From Bacteroidales bacterium (GTDB lineage: Bacteria; Bacteroidota; Bacteroidia; Bacteroidales; UBA932), in assembly GCA_012798805.1 (NCBI GenBank), contig JAAZMM010000019.1, positions 2,771-66,770 of the forward strand: DNA of 64,000 bases, given 5' to 3'. This document shows positions 48,690-57,539 of this stretch, in pieces. How positions within the stretch are numbered: the first letter of the stretch is position 1; every line of letters begins with the position of its first letter. Both the position numbers and the translations under genes were made by a program. The notes under the pieces are model-generated. The model searched no databases. It was not told the DNA's origin and worked only from the letters and a program-made list of their open reading frames with translations.

Positions 48690-51494
48690 ATGGCTGAAAA
48701 ACAGATACATATCAAAGGAGCCAGAGTCAATAATCTTAAAAACATTGACCTGAAGATACCGCGAAACAAACTCGTGGTTATTACCGGTGTCTCCGGTTCC
48801 GGCAAATCTTCCCTTGCGTTCGATACCCTTTTTGCCGAGGGACAACGCCGTTTTGCCGAGAGTCTCTCCTCCTTTGCAAGACAATTTCTCGGCAGGATGA
48901 ACAAGCCTGCAGTGGACTATATCACAGGCATACCACCGGCCATTGCCATCGGTCAACATGTGCACAGCCGCAACTCAAGATCTACAGTCGGGTCAAGCAG
49001 CGAGATTAATGACTATCTCAGATTGCTTTATGCAAAGATAGGAAAAACCTATTCTCCCATTTCCGGCAAAGAAGTCACCTGTGATACCCCAAAAAGTGTT
49101 TCCGATCATATTATCGCTCAGGGCGAGGGCAATACGGTACTAATACTGGCTGATATCAGATGGAGAGAGGAGGGCCAGGTAGAAAAACTTTTAAATCTCA
49201 AACAGGAGGGATTTATCAGAATGGCCTCATCGGAAGGGTCTGTTTTCAGAATAGAAGAGATATTGCAAAACAGATCGGGCTTTGAGGATATGGAGCTCTA
49301 TCTCCTCGTGGACCGCATCATCATAAATAACAACAATGAGGAGACACTTAGTCGCCTCCTTGACTCTACACAGACAGCATTTATGCAAGGAAACGGGCGC
49401 ATTGCACTCTTTAGCAATGGTCTGCTAATGAAGTTTTCAAATATATTTGAGTGCGACGGGATAATATTCGAGAACCCGACGGAATATATGTTCAGTTACA
49501 ACAATCCTATTGGTGCTTGTCCCAATTGTGGTGGTTTCGGCAAGGTTATGGGCATTGACGAAGCGCTGGTAATACCCAATCCCTCGTTGAGTGTATATGA
49601 AGGTGCAGTAGCGTGCTGGAAGGGAGAGACTATGAGCCGTTTTCTAAATGACTTTGTAATGGAATCCGGAGAAACCTGATTTCCTATACACAAACCCTAC
49701 AATAAACTGTCGCCGGAAGAAAAAAAAATACTCTGGGAGGGAAAAAACGGCAGCACGGCCATCACTCCTTTTTTCAAATGGATTGAGAGCAAAAGATACA
49801 AGATACAATTCAACTATATGCTCTCCCGCTACTCCGGAAGGACTACCTGTCGTCTCTGCAACGGCACCAGACTCAAGGAACAAGCTCGCTGGGTCAAGGT
49901 AGGAGGAAAAGATATAACCGAACTGATGCAAATGCAAATAGGAGATCTGGCAAAACACTTCGATGCCCTGTTGCCAGGCTCCCAATCGGGAATTGAACTC
50001 GATGAGTATGACTATAGTATCGCATCAAGAGCACTCAAGGAGATAGCAGAGCGACTAAATTATCTTCAATCAGTAGGACTCTCCTATCTCACTCTCGACA
50101 GAGCTTCCTCCACCCTCAGCGGAGGTGAAAGTCAGCGCATCGCACTTGTAAGTTCACTGGGCAATAATCTGGTGGGATCCATGTATATACTGGACGAACC
50201 GAGCATAGGTCTCCATCCCCGGGATACCCACAGACTCATCTCGGTACTGCAAAGACTTCGTGACCTCGGCAATACGGTAATAGTAGTGGAGCATGACGAG
50301 GATATCATACGCGCTGCAGACCACCTAATCGACATAGGGCCACTAGCCGGAAGAGAGGGCGGAGAAGTCGTCTATCAGGGACCGGTTACCGGTAAAAACC
50401 CATCGTCACTCACACTTAAATACCTATCGGAACGAAATCTAAAGAGCATCCCTCCGGCAAGGCGAAGGTGGAAGCACTCCATAGAGGTGGTTGGTGCAAT
50501 GCAAAACAATCTGAAGAATATCAATGTCCGTTTTCCGCTCAATTGTCTGACCGCAGTCACAGGAGTTAGTGGCAGTGGCAAATCTTCTCTCGTGGGAGAT
50601 ATACTTCACCCCGCACTCTACCGCCATATTCATCAGCTGGGAAGCAAACCCGGAATATTCCGCGAACTTAGGGGAGATTTGAATCGAATAAGTTCGGTCG
50701 AGTATGTGGACCAGAATCCCATCGGCAGAAGCACACGGTCCAATCCGGTGACCTATCTTAAGGTCTATGATGACATCAGAAAACTTTTCTCCGAGCAGCC
50801 CTATGCCAAAATGAACAACTATGGACACTCCCATTTTTCATTCAACATCGATGGAGGCCGTTGTCCCGAATGTCAGGGAGATGGAGTAATCAAGATAGAG
50901 ATGCAATTTATGGCCGATGTGACAATAACATGTGAAGCGTGTGGCGGCAAGAGATTCCAGCCCGATATTCTCGAAGTAAAATATCAGGGTAAAAACATCA
51001 GCGATGTGCTCGAAATGAGCGTAGATGAGGCTATAGAGTTTTTCTCGGCCCAAGATGACCTGGCAGCAAAGAGAATTGCTGATAAACTTCAGCCTCTCAA
51101 AGATGTCGGACTTTCCTATGTGAGTCTGGGCCAAAGCAGCAGTTCGCTTAGTGGAGGAGAGAGTCAGAGAGTAAAATTGGCCTCCTTTCTCGGAAAGGAG
51201 TCTTCTTCGGGAAATATCTTGTTTATATTTGATGAACCCACCACCGGACTTCATTTCCAGGATATAGAAAAACTGCTCAACTCATTTGATGCTCTTATAG
51301 AAAAAGGGCACTCCATTATTGTAGTTGAGCATAACCTCGACATTATAAGAGCAGCGGACTGGGTTATAGATCTCGGTCCTGATGCAGGAGATAAAGGTGG
51401 AGAATTGGTGTTTGAAGGCACTCCTGAAATGCTGGCCCTTCATCCGGAACTCCCCACAGGTGCCGCTTTGGCCAGGAAATACAGAAATGAGTAG
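48690..51494 (+). pseudogene. uvrA: excinuclease ABC subunit A interrupted by one in-frame TGA (codon 330)
   Basis: The two track ORFs (48690..49679 and 49818..51494) are in the same frame. Reading through the TGA at 49677-49679 gives a continuous UvrA sequence: ...FLNDFVMESGET*FPIHKPYNKLSPEEKKILWEGKNG...YSGRTTCRLCNGTRL... Both ABC modules, the Zn-finger cysteines and a total of 934 codons are otherwise intact. Confidence 0.85.
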
Positions 51495-51536
51495 CAACAA
51501 TTGAGACGCTTTGACTATATTTATATTTTGAAAAAG

Positions 51537-53069
51537 ATGAGAACCCTCTACGTACTGCTGATATTAACCCTGCTCACCTTCTGCAATAGACAGAAGGAAG
51601 GAAACGCAACGGCAATGTCTGCCAGTGACACGCTCTGTACAATCATTCCTCATCTTCCTGATACCTCTTTTTCTTCTATTGATGCATTGATATATGAAAT
51701 TACAATTTTCGATACATTAAACAGCGGGATAGTAGAAGATTTAAGAAACCCGTATGACTCAACTCCCGGTATATTAACCTTTAGAGGAGGGCCGTACAGG
51801 GATTTTCCCAAACATGGAAATGTAGCTGACAGGCCTGACTCTATTGCTATTGATTGGGTCTTTAAGACCGCATTCGACACCACAAAAACCCCTTACGGTA
51901 TCTGGGGAGGCGGCACCGGATGGACAGGACAACCTCTCCTGGCAGATTGGCAGGGAAGCACTGCCGGTAAAAACTTCACAAACAGAGAGGTAATTGTGGG
52001 GTCGCTTGCAGGAAAAGTCTATTTCCTGAATTATACTACCGGGCAACCCTCACGAACTGAAATTAATGTAGTCAATGTCATTAAAGGCACGCCTTCACTT
52101 GATCCCTCACTCAACGGCAACCTTTATATTGGACAGGGAGTGGAAATAAATCCTCCTTTTGGAGCGATGGTGATCGATCTTGAGAGAGATTCCATAACTC
52201 ATTTCGTGCCGAAAGACCGACAGGCATGGCGCGGATGGGGTGCTTATGACTCATCCCCGATAAGAGTCGGACAATTTCTTTTCAGACTGGGAGAAAACGG
52301 CACGGTCTATAAATACCTTGTAGAGCAAGGTTCATTGAGTCTGCACTCCACTTTGAAATATCGAATTAAGGGCAAAAAGGCCCCTGGCATCGAGTCTTCA
52401 CCGGCGGTTTACCGCAACTATGGCTACTTTTCGGACAACAACGGCAATGTAATATGTTTCAACCTAAATAATCTCAAACCGGTATGGAGATATGACAACC
52501 ACGATGACAGCGATGCTACTCCGGTGCTTTGTGAAGAAGAGGGTATCCCCTACCTCTATACCTCATGCGAGGTTGACAAACAGGGTTCCAGTGGTTATTC
52601 TTATTTCATAAAACTCAATGCTCTGACAGGAGAAAAGATTTGGGAAAATAAATTTGCCTGCAATAAAGCCTATTCTAATGAGAAATGGTCTGATGGAGGA
52701 ATGTTTTCCACACCACTACCCGGGATTGGAGATTGCAGCAACTACATTTTTACCTCTATAATCACTCATATTCCCGAATACAGTGGTATTTTTGTAGCAA
52801 TTGACAAGAATACGGGCGAAACACTTTATAGTCTTGACCTAAAGCGCTACGCCTGGTCTTCTCCCGTACCTATGCTGGATGCAGAAGGGAAAATGTATAT
52901 CTTTACAGCAGACTGCTGGGGATATATCTATCTTATCGAAGGAGCAACGGGAGATCTGCTCCTGACACGGAAGTTAGGTATGAATTTCGAAGGATCACCG
53001 ATAATAGTGGACAATAGTGTAATTATCGGTTCTCGTGGACGAGAGATTTATAAAATTTCAATTTACTGA
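51537..53069 (+). CDS. PQQ-like beta-propeller repeat protein (BamB-like fold), probable lipoprotein
   Basis: MRTLYVLLILTLLTFCN (lipobox-like). It has repeated G.(V/I)Y....G.L/V...TG strands typical of PQQ/BamB propellers. The ATG at 51537 is preferred to the track start at 51501. Confidence 0.7.
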   Translation: MRTLYVLLILTLLTFCNRQKEGNATAMSASDTLCTIIPHLPDTSFSSIDALIYEITIFDTLNSGIVEDLRNPYDSTPGILTFRGGPYRDFPKHGNVADRPDSIAIDWVFKTAFDTTKTPYGIWGGGTGWTGQPLLADWQGSTAGKNFTNREVIVGSLAGKVYFLNYTTGQPSRTEINVVNVIKGTPSLDPSLNGNLYIGQGVEINPPFGAMVIDLERDSITHFVPKDRQAWRGWGAYDSSPIRVGQFLFRLGENGTVYKYLVEQGSLSLHSTLKYRIKGKKAPGIESSPAVYRNYGYFSDNNGNVICFNLNNLKPVWRYDNHDDSDATPVLCEEEGIPYLYTSCEVDKQGSSGYSYFIKLNALTGEKIWENKFACNKAYSNEKWSDGGMFSTPLPGIGDCSNYIFTSIITHIPEYSGIFVAIDKNTGETLYSLDLKRYAWSSPVPMLDAEGKMYIFTADCWGYIYLIEGATGDLLLTRKLGMNFEGSPIIVDNSVIIGSRGREIYKISIY

Positions 53070-53085
53070 TAAAAGGAGATATAAT

Positions 53086-53673
53086 ATGGATACAAGATTG
53101 ACACAAGTAACGGACATAGCTCTTCCGGCACCTCGCCGTAAGGGAGGGATGCCTCTGATGGAGGCGCTGAACCTGAGGCAATCCCACAGAGAACTATCAC
53201 CCCAACCGCTTGATATGCAGACACTTTCGGATTTGCTTTGGGCAGCATGGGGCTACAATAGAGAGCATAAGCGCACAGCCCCCTCATCACACAACCGACA
53301 GGAAATTGACCTCTATGTTTTCCTTGAAAGCGGAACATACATCTATGATGCTGCGGGCAACCGTCTGCTGCTCCACGATCACGAGGATTTGCGAAGTCTG
53401 ACAGGTACCCAAGACTTTGTAGGAACTACCGCTGTAGAAATAGCTATGATTGCCGACACCTCTAAAATCAAGGGGAAGACTCCCCAAGGCATCATCGAGG
53501 CTATCTATGCCAACACCGGCTTCATCTCCCAAAACATCTACCTTTTCTGTGCCCATGCAGGCCTGGGAGGTGTTACCCGCGCCATAGTTCCAAAAGAGAA
53601 ACTGGCACAAAGGTTGCGGCTTAACGATAATCAGGTCATAACACTCGTCCACACCGTAGGACACAAAAAATGA
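53086..53673 (+). CDS. nitroreductase family protein
   Basis: 195 aa with LRQSHRE(L/F)S, LLWAAWGYN and RTAPSSHNRQ motifs. An unusually good SD (AAAGGAGAT) sits 5 nt upstream of the ATG at 53086. Confidence 0.8.
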   Translation: MDTRLTQVTDIALPAPRRKGGMPLMEALNLRQSHRELSPQPLDMQTLSDLLWAAWGYNREHKRTAPSSHNRQEIDLYVFLESGTYIYDAAGNRLLLHDHEDLRSLTGTQDFVGTTAVEIAMIADTSKIKGKTPQGIIEAIYANTGFISQNIYLFCAHAGLGGVTRAIVPKEKLAQRLRLNDNQVITLVHTVGHKK

Positions 53674-53681
53674 GATCCTAA

Positions 53682-55097
53682 ATGGAACAACTTAAGATAC
53701 TTTTCAAACAATTAACCGGCGAACAGCCGCTATCAACAGAAGAACTCCCTTCATCAGGCAGCAACAGGCGCTACTTCCGTATAAGGGGCAAAAATCGCAC
53801 TCTTATTGGAGCAAAAGGTACATGTGTGGATGAAAACATAGCTTTCATCACCATCGCCAAACATTTCCGGGAGCGGGGACTCAATGTGCCGCAAGTCTAT
53901 AACTCCAGTGAAGATAATATTTACTATTTGCAAGAAGACCTTGGTGATGACACTCTCTATAGTCGCATAACAAAGGGGCGTGATAGCGGAAAGTATTCGC
54001 CCCAAGAGAAAGAATTGCTCTTCAAAACAATACGAAAACTACCTTCAATCCAATTTGAAGGAGCAAAAGGACTTGATTTCTCAATCTGTTATCCTCAGCC
54101 GGAGTTTGACGAAAGGATGATCTTTTTTGACCTTAACTATTTCAAATATTGTTTTTTGAAGGCAACGGGCATCGAATTCAGCGAAATTGAATTGCAGAAT
54201 GATTTTGAAAATATGGCGAAAGTGCTTATGCATAATATGTCCGACACTTTCCTATACCGTGATTTTCAGGCCCGCAATGTGATGATTGTGGACGATGAGC
54301 CCTACTTCATAGACTTCCAGGGAGGACGCCGGGGACCGATCTTTTACGATGTAGCTTCATTTATATGGCAAGCCAAGGCCTGTTATTCTGAAAATCTAAA
54401 AAACGAACTCATAGATGTCTATCTGGAGGCTTTAAAGAAATACATACCGGTTGATAAAAAGCAGTTCCGCTCAACTCTGCGCCATTTTGTGCTCTTTAGA
54501 ACTCTTCAGGTACTGGGAGCCTATGGTTTTAGAGGTTATTTTGAAAAAAAGCCCCACTTCCTGCAGAGCGTACCCTATGCCATAGACAATCTTCGGAAAC
54601 TTCTCGTAGAGCCCTTCCCCGAGTATCCCTATCTTTCTGAGATTCTCGGTGAGCTGACCCGTATGCGCGAATTCACGGAGATGGGCATAGACCGCCGTCT
54701 TGAGGTTAAAATATATAGTTTTGCCTATAAGAAGGGTATTCCAAATGATGTCAGTGGCAATGGAGGCGGCTATGTTTTTGATTGCCGTGCCCTCGAAAAT
54801 CCCGGAAAATATGATCATTTCAAACATTTTACCGGTCTGGACAAGGAGGTAGCAGATTTCATGGAGGCGGAAGGCGGTGTCCAAAAATTCCTCAACAAAG
54901 TCTATTCGCTGGCAGATACACATGTCCAGAGATATATTGAGCGTAAATTTACCCACCTGATGTTCTGCTTCGGCTGTACCGGAGGCCAGCACCGGTCAGT
55001 CTATTGCGCTCAACACCTGGCTCAGCACCTGGCCGGTAAATTTAATATAAAGGTTCGGCTCTATCACCGCGAACAAGGTCTGGAGCAAGAGTTTTAA
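53682..55097 (+). CDS. fusion: APH-fold anomeric amino-sugar kinase (AmgK-like) + RapZ C-terminal-like domain
   Basis: Residues 1-330 carry SGSNRRYFRI, YRDFQARNVM and IDFQGGRRGP.FYDVASF (COG3178/AmgK hallmarks). Residues 338-465 carry SFAYKKGIP...VFDCRALENPG...TGLDKEV..F...GCTGGQHRSVY.AQHLA, which aligns by eye to the E. coli RapZ C-terminal domain (SFGFKHGIP...FDVRFLPNPH...TGLDKPV...GCTGGKHRSVY). Confidence 0.8.
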   Translation: MEQLKILFKQLTGEQPLSTEELPSSGSNRRYFRIRGKNRTLIGAKGTCVDENIAFITIAKHFRERGLNVPQVYNSSEDNIYYLQEDLGDDTLYSRITKGRDSGKYSPQEKELLFKTIRKLPSIQFEGAKGLDFSICYPQPEFDERMIFFDLNYFKYCFLKATGIEFSEIELQNDFENMAKVLMHNMSDTFLYRDFQARNVMIVDDEPYFIDFQGGRRGPIFYDVASFIWQAKACYSENLKNELIDVYLEALKKYIPVDKKQFRSTLRHFVLFRTLQVLGAYGFRGYFEKKPHFLQSVPYAIDNLRKLLVEPFPEYPYLSEILGELTRMREFTEMGIDRRLEVKIYSFAYKKGIPNDVSGNGGGYVFDCRALENPGKYDHFKHFTGLDKEVADFMEAEGGVQKFLNKVYSLADTHVQRYIERKFTHLMFCFGCTGGQHRSVYCAQHLAQHLAGKFNIKVRLYHREQGLEQEF

Positions 55098-55098
55098 T

Positions 55099-55851
55099 AT
55101 GAAGCCTTACGCTCTGATATTCGCTGCGGGTCTGGGCACAAGGCTCAAACCGCTGACTGACACGATGCCAAAGGCGTTGGTGCCGGTCAGGGGTGTTCCA
55201 TTGCTCGAAAGTGTGATTCTCCGCCTCAAAAAGGCAGGATACCGCCATATTGTAATAAATGTACACCATTTTGCAGAGCAGATCATCAATTTTATTGAGC
55301 AAAATGAGTCTTTTGGGATTTCAATTTCAATATCGGATGAAAGAGATCTGCTACGTGAAACAGGAGGCGGCATTAGACATGCCGAACCTCTTCTGAAGTC
55401 GGATCATTTCCTGGTTCACAATGTCGATATAATCACCGATCTGGAGCTCTCCCGCTTCGAAAAAGAATATCTGGATGCAGAAAAAGAGAGCCGGGAGGGG
55501 GAAAAACCTCTTCTGGCAACAATTCTGGTAAGTGAACGCAAAACGCAGCGATATTTTCTTTTTGACAGCTATAACAATCTGGTTGGCTGGACCAATAGCG
55601 CCACCGGTGAGGTGCGTTCCCCATTTTCATTACTTAATCCTGACAACTGTCGCAAACTTGCATTTGCAGGTATCCACAATATATCACAAAGGGTCTTTCC
55701 GCTTATGAAGGAGTGGCCGGAACGCTTTTCCATAGTAGATTTCTATATTGCCAACTGTGACAAATTTATTATAAAAGGGATCGAAGTACCCGGGCTCTCA
55801 GTTCGTGATGTGGGCAAAATTTCAGATCTCCGGGAACTTAACGGCAAATAA
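55099..55851 (+). CDS. sugar-1-phosphate nucleotidyltransferase, MurU-like
   Basis: 250 aa with an N-terminal LIFAAGLGTRLKPLTDTMPKALVPV (GxGTRxxPxT). It starts 1 nt after the kinase gene, the AmgK/MurU gene order. Confidence 0.8.
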   Translation: MKPYALIFAAGLGTRLKPLTDTMPKALVPVRGVPLLESVILRLKKAGYRHIVINVHHFAEQIINFIEQNESFGISISISDERDLLRETGGGIRHAEPLLKSDHFLVHNVDIITDLELSRFEKEYLDAEKESREGEKPLLATILVSERKTQRYFLFDSYNNLVGWTNSATGEVRSPFSLLNPDNCRKLAFAGIHNISQRVFPLMKEWPERFSIVDFYIANCDKFIIKGIEVPGLSVRDVGKISDLRELNGK

Positions 55852-55927
55852 AATAGTCCGGCTTATTTACGACAAAAAGGGGTACGGAGTATATCTGCAA
55901 ATAACTCACTAACTGATCTTTTCCTCT

Positions 55928-55966
55928 CATTTTGGCACGAAAATGGTGTTTTTTCGTGCCAAAATG
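55928..55966. terminator. 16-bp perfect inverted repeat (terminator or operator) after the MurU-like gene
   Basis: CATTTTGGCACGAAAA-TGGTGTT-TTTTCGTGCCAAAATG. The stem ends are A/T-rich on both sides, so it could act in either direction. Confidence 0.55.
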
Positions 55967-56022
55967 CTAACTTTATAGTTTAATATGAATTGAATATTAA
56001 CGACTATTAAAATATAATATCA

Positions 56023-57450
56023 ATGAAACGCACATTAATTATGCTTGCAGGAGCAATCACAATCCTAAGTTGTACCGGTTGCGGCAGCAACGAAATGTAC
56101 AAACGTATCGACGATATTGAACAATATCGAGCCTATTATAACGAAACACTTAAAGAACTTTCAGACCCATCCTATCATGGACGCAGCAATTATGGAGATG
56201 GAAACATAAAAGCAGCGTTATACATAATCGGAGAACTCCAAAAGATGGGAATTGAACCGATGATGGATGAGATTGGAGCAGAACCCCAAGAGGCAACCCC
56301 TCCTTTCAAAGGCACAGCCAAGCCTTGTGGTCCCATGCGTTTTGAAGGCACTCCGGATGATCAAATGGCATATTTACAACACTATAGCCTGCCGATGAAT
56401 GTAATGCGTGGTGCAATGGAGGTAAGCATTGACGGAAATGAACTTGTTCCCGCCGTGGATTTTGTGGCGAAAGAGTTCTCCCCTGCCTGTAAAGGCGAAT
56501 TCAAACTTGCATATCCCGGTGTTGAAAAATACACTTCCGTTCAAGAACTCGCCAATCACCTCAACAGCGGTATTTACAAAAACCAATTCGTGGTTATCGA
56601 ATGGGAGCCCTACAAGGAAAAAATAGGAACAAACTACTTTGAAAGGTACCGCGAATTTATGGACATGCTTCAGCCTGATAAGGTAGCCGGAATTATCTAC
56701 AGATCTGAAACCCAACTCCCTTACTTCAAGGCACGCTCCTATTATGTAACACCCGTGCCGGCATTCTTCATATGGAACGGACTCGCCGAGGGAGCAAAAA
56801 AAATCAGTGTAAATATGGATTGTGAACTAATCGAGTGTCACGATGCCCATAATGTTCTCGCCTCGATCAAGGGTACAAAATATCCAGAAAAACGTTATCT
56901 GCTGATGGGTCATTTTGACCATCTAGGCTATATGGGTATCGATAATGTACACCCCGGTGCCAATGACAATGCCTCAGGTCCCGGTATGATGCTTGCCCTG
57001 GCAAAATATTTCTCCGCCAATCCCCCTGAGTGCACAATTGACTTTGCATTTTTCGATGCAGAAGAGTGTAATCTGCTGGGATCCTATTACTACAAATGTA
57101 ACCCGCGCTATCCTCAGGAAAATATAAGATATATTCTCAATTACGATATGGTTGCAGATTCACCGGAGTCAATTTACCTGCAGGTTCCTGAAGAGGGCAT
57201 GGCTGGTTATGAACTGATTAGGAAAATCAACAACTCTTTTGATGAGCCTTTCAATTTCATAATGGCCGACATCGTGGACGATAGTGACAACTATTTCTTC
57301 GCTATCGACGGAGTTCCTTCCATCTATTTCCACTCTGAGGGCAAATTTAAGGATATTTACCATACGCCGTTTGATACTTACGACAACATCTCCGATGAAG
57401 GGTTTGAACGCCTCTTCACACTTACAATCAACTTTATCGACAAGTATTGA
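56023..57450 (+). CDS. M28 family peptidase, lipoprotein
   Basis: 475 aa with lipobox ILSCTGC, GHFDHLG, GANDNASGPGMMLALAKY and FAFFDAEECNLLGS. Confidence 0.82.
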   Translation: MKRTLIMLAGAITILSCTGCGSNEMYKRIDDIEQYRAYYNETLKELSDPSYHGRSNYGDGNIKAALYIIGELQKMGIEPMMDEIGAEPQEATPPFKGTAKPCGPMRFEGTPDDQMAYLQHYSLPMNVMRGAMEVSIDGNELVPAVDFVAKEFSPACKGEFKLAYPGVEKYTSVQELANHLNSGIYKNQFVVIEWEPYKEKIGTNYFERYREFMDMLQPDKVAGIIYRSETQLPYFKARSYYVTPVPAFFIWNGLAEGAKKISVNMDCELIECHDAHNVLASIKGTKYPEKRYLLMGHFDHLGYMGIDNVHPGANDNASGPGMMLALAKYFSANPPECTIDFAFFDAEECNLLGSYYYKCNPRYPQENIRYILNYDMVADSPESIYLQVPEEGMAGYELIRKINNSFDEPFNFIMADIVDDSDNYFFAIDGVPSIYFHSEGKFKDIYHTPFDTYDNISDEGFERLFTLTINFIDKY

Positions 57451-57497
57451 AAACAGCATAGCATAGGGCCTAATTTGGTACTTTAGACACTAATCAG

Positions 57498-57505
57498 TAC
57501 CTTTG
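57498..57505 (+). promoter_or_regulatory. candidate -7 promoter box for the pncB-pncA fusion gene
   Basis: TACCTTTG lies 34 nt upstream of the ATG at 57540. Confidence 0.4.
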
Positions 57506-57539
57506 CGGGCTATTTTTAAGTATTAACACGAAGAATATC

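Noticed and set aside
49677-49740. Selenocysteine or an alternative genetic code (TGA = Trp/Gly) as an explanation for the in-frame TGA in uvrA
   Set aside because: I can see no SECIS-like hairpin in the ~60 nt downstream, and UvrA has no known Sec form. TGA also clearly terminates other well-conserved genes in this window (tldD at 4261-4263, pmbA at 5577-5579, the esterase gene at 17207-17209).
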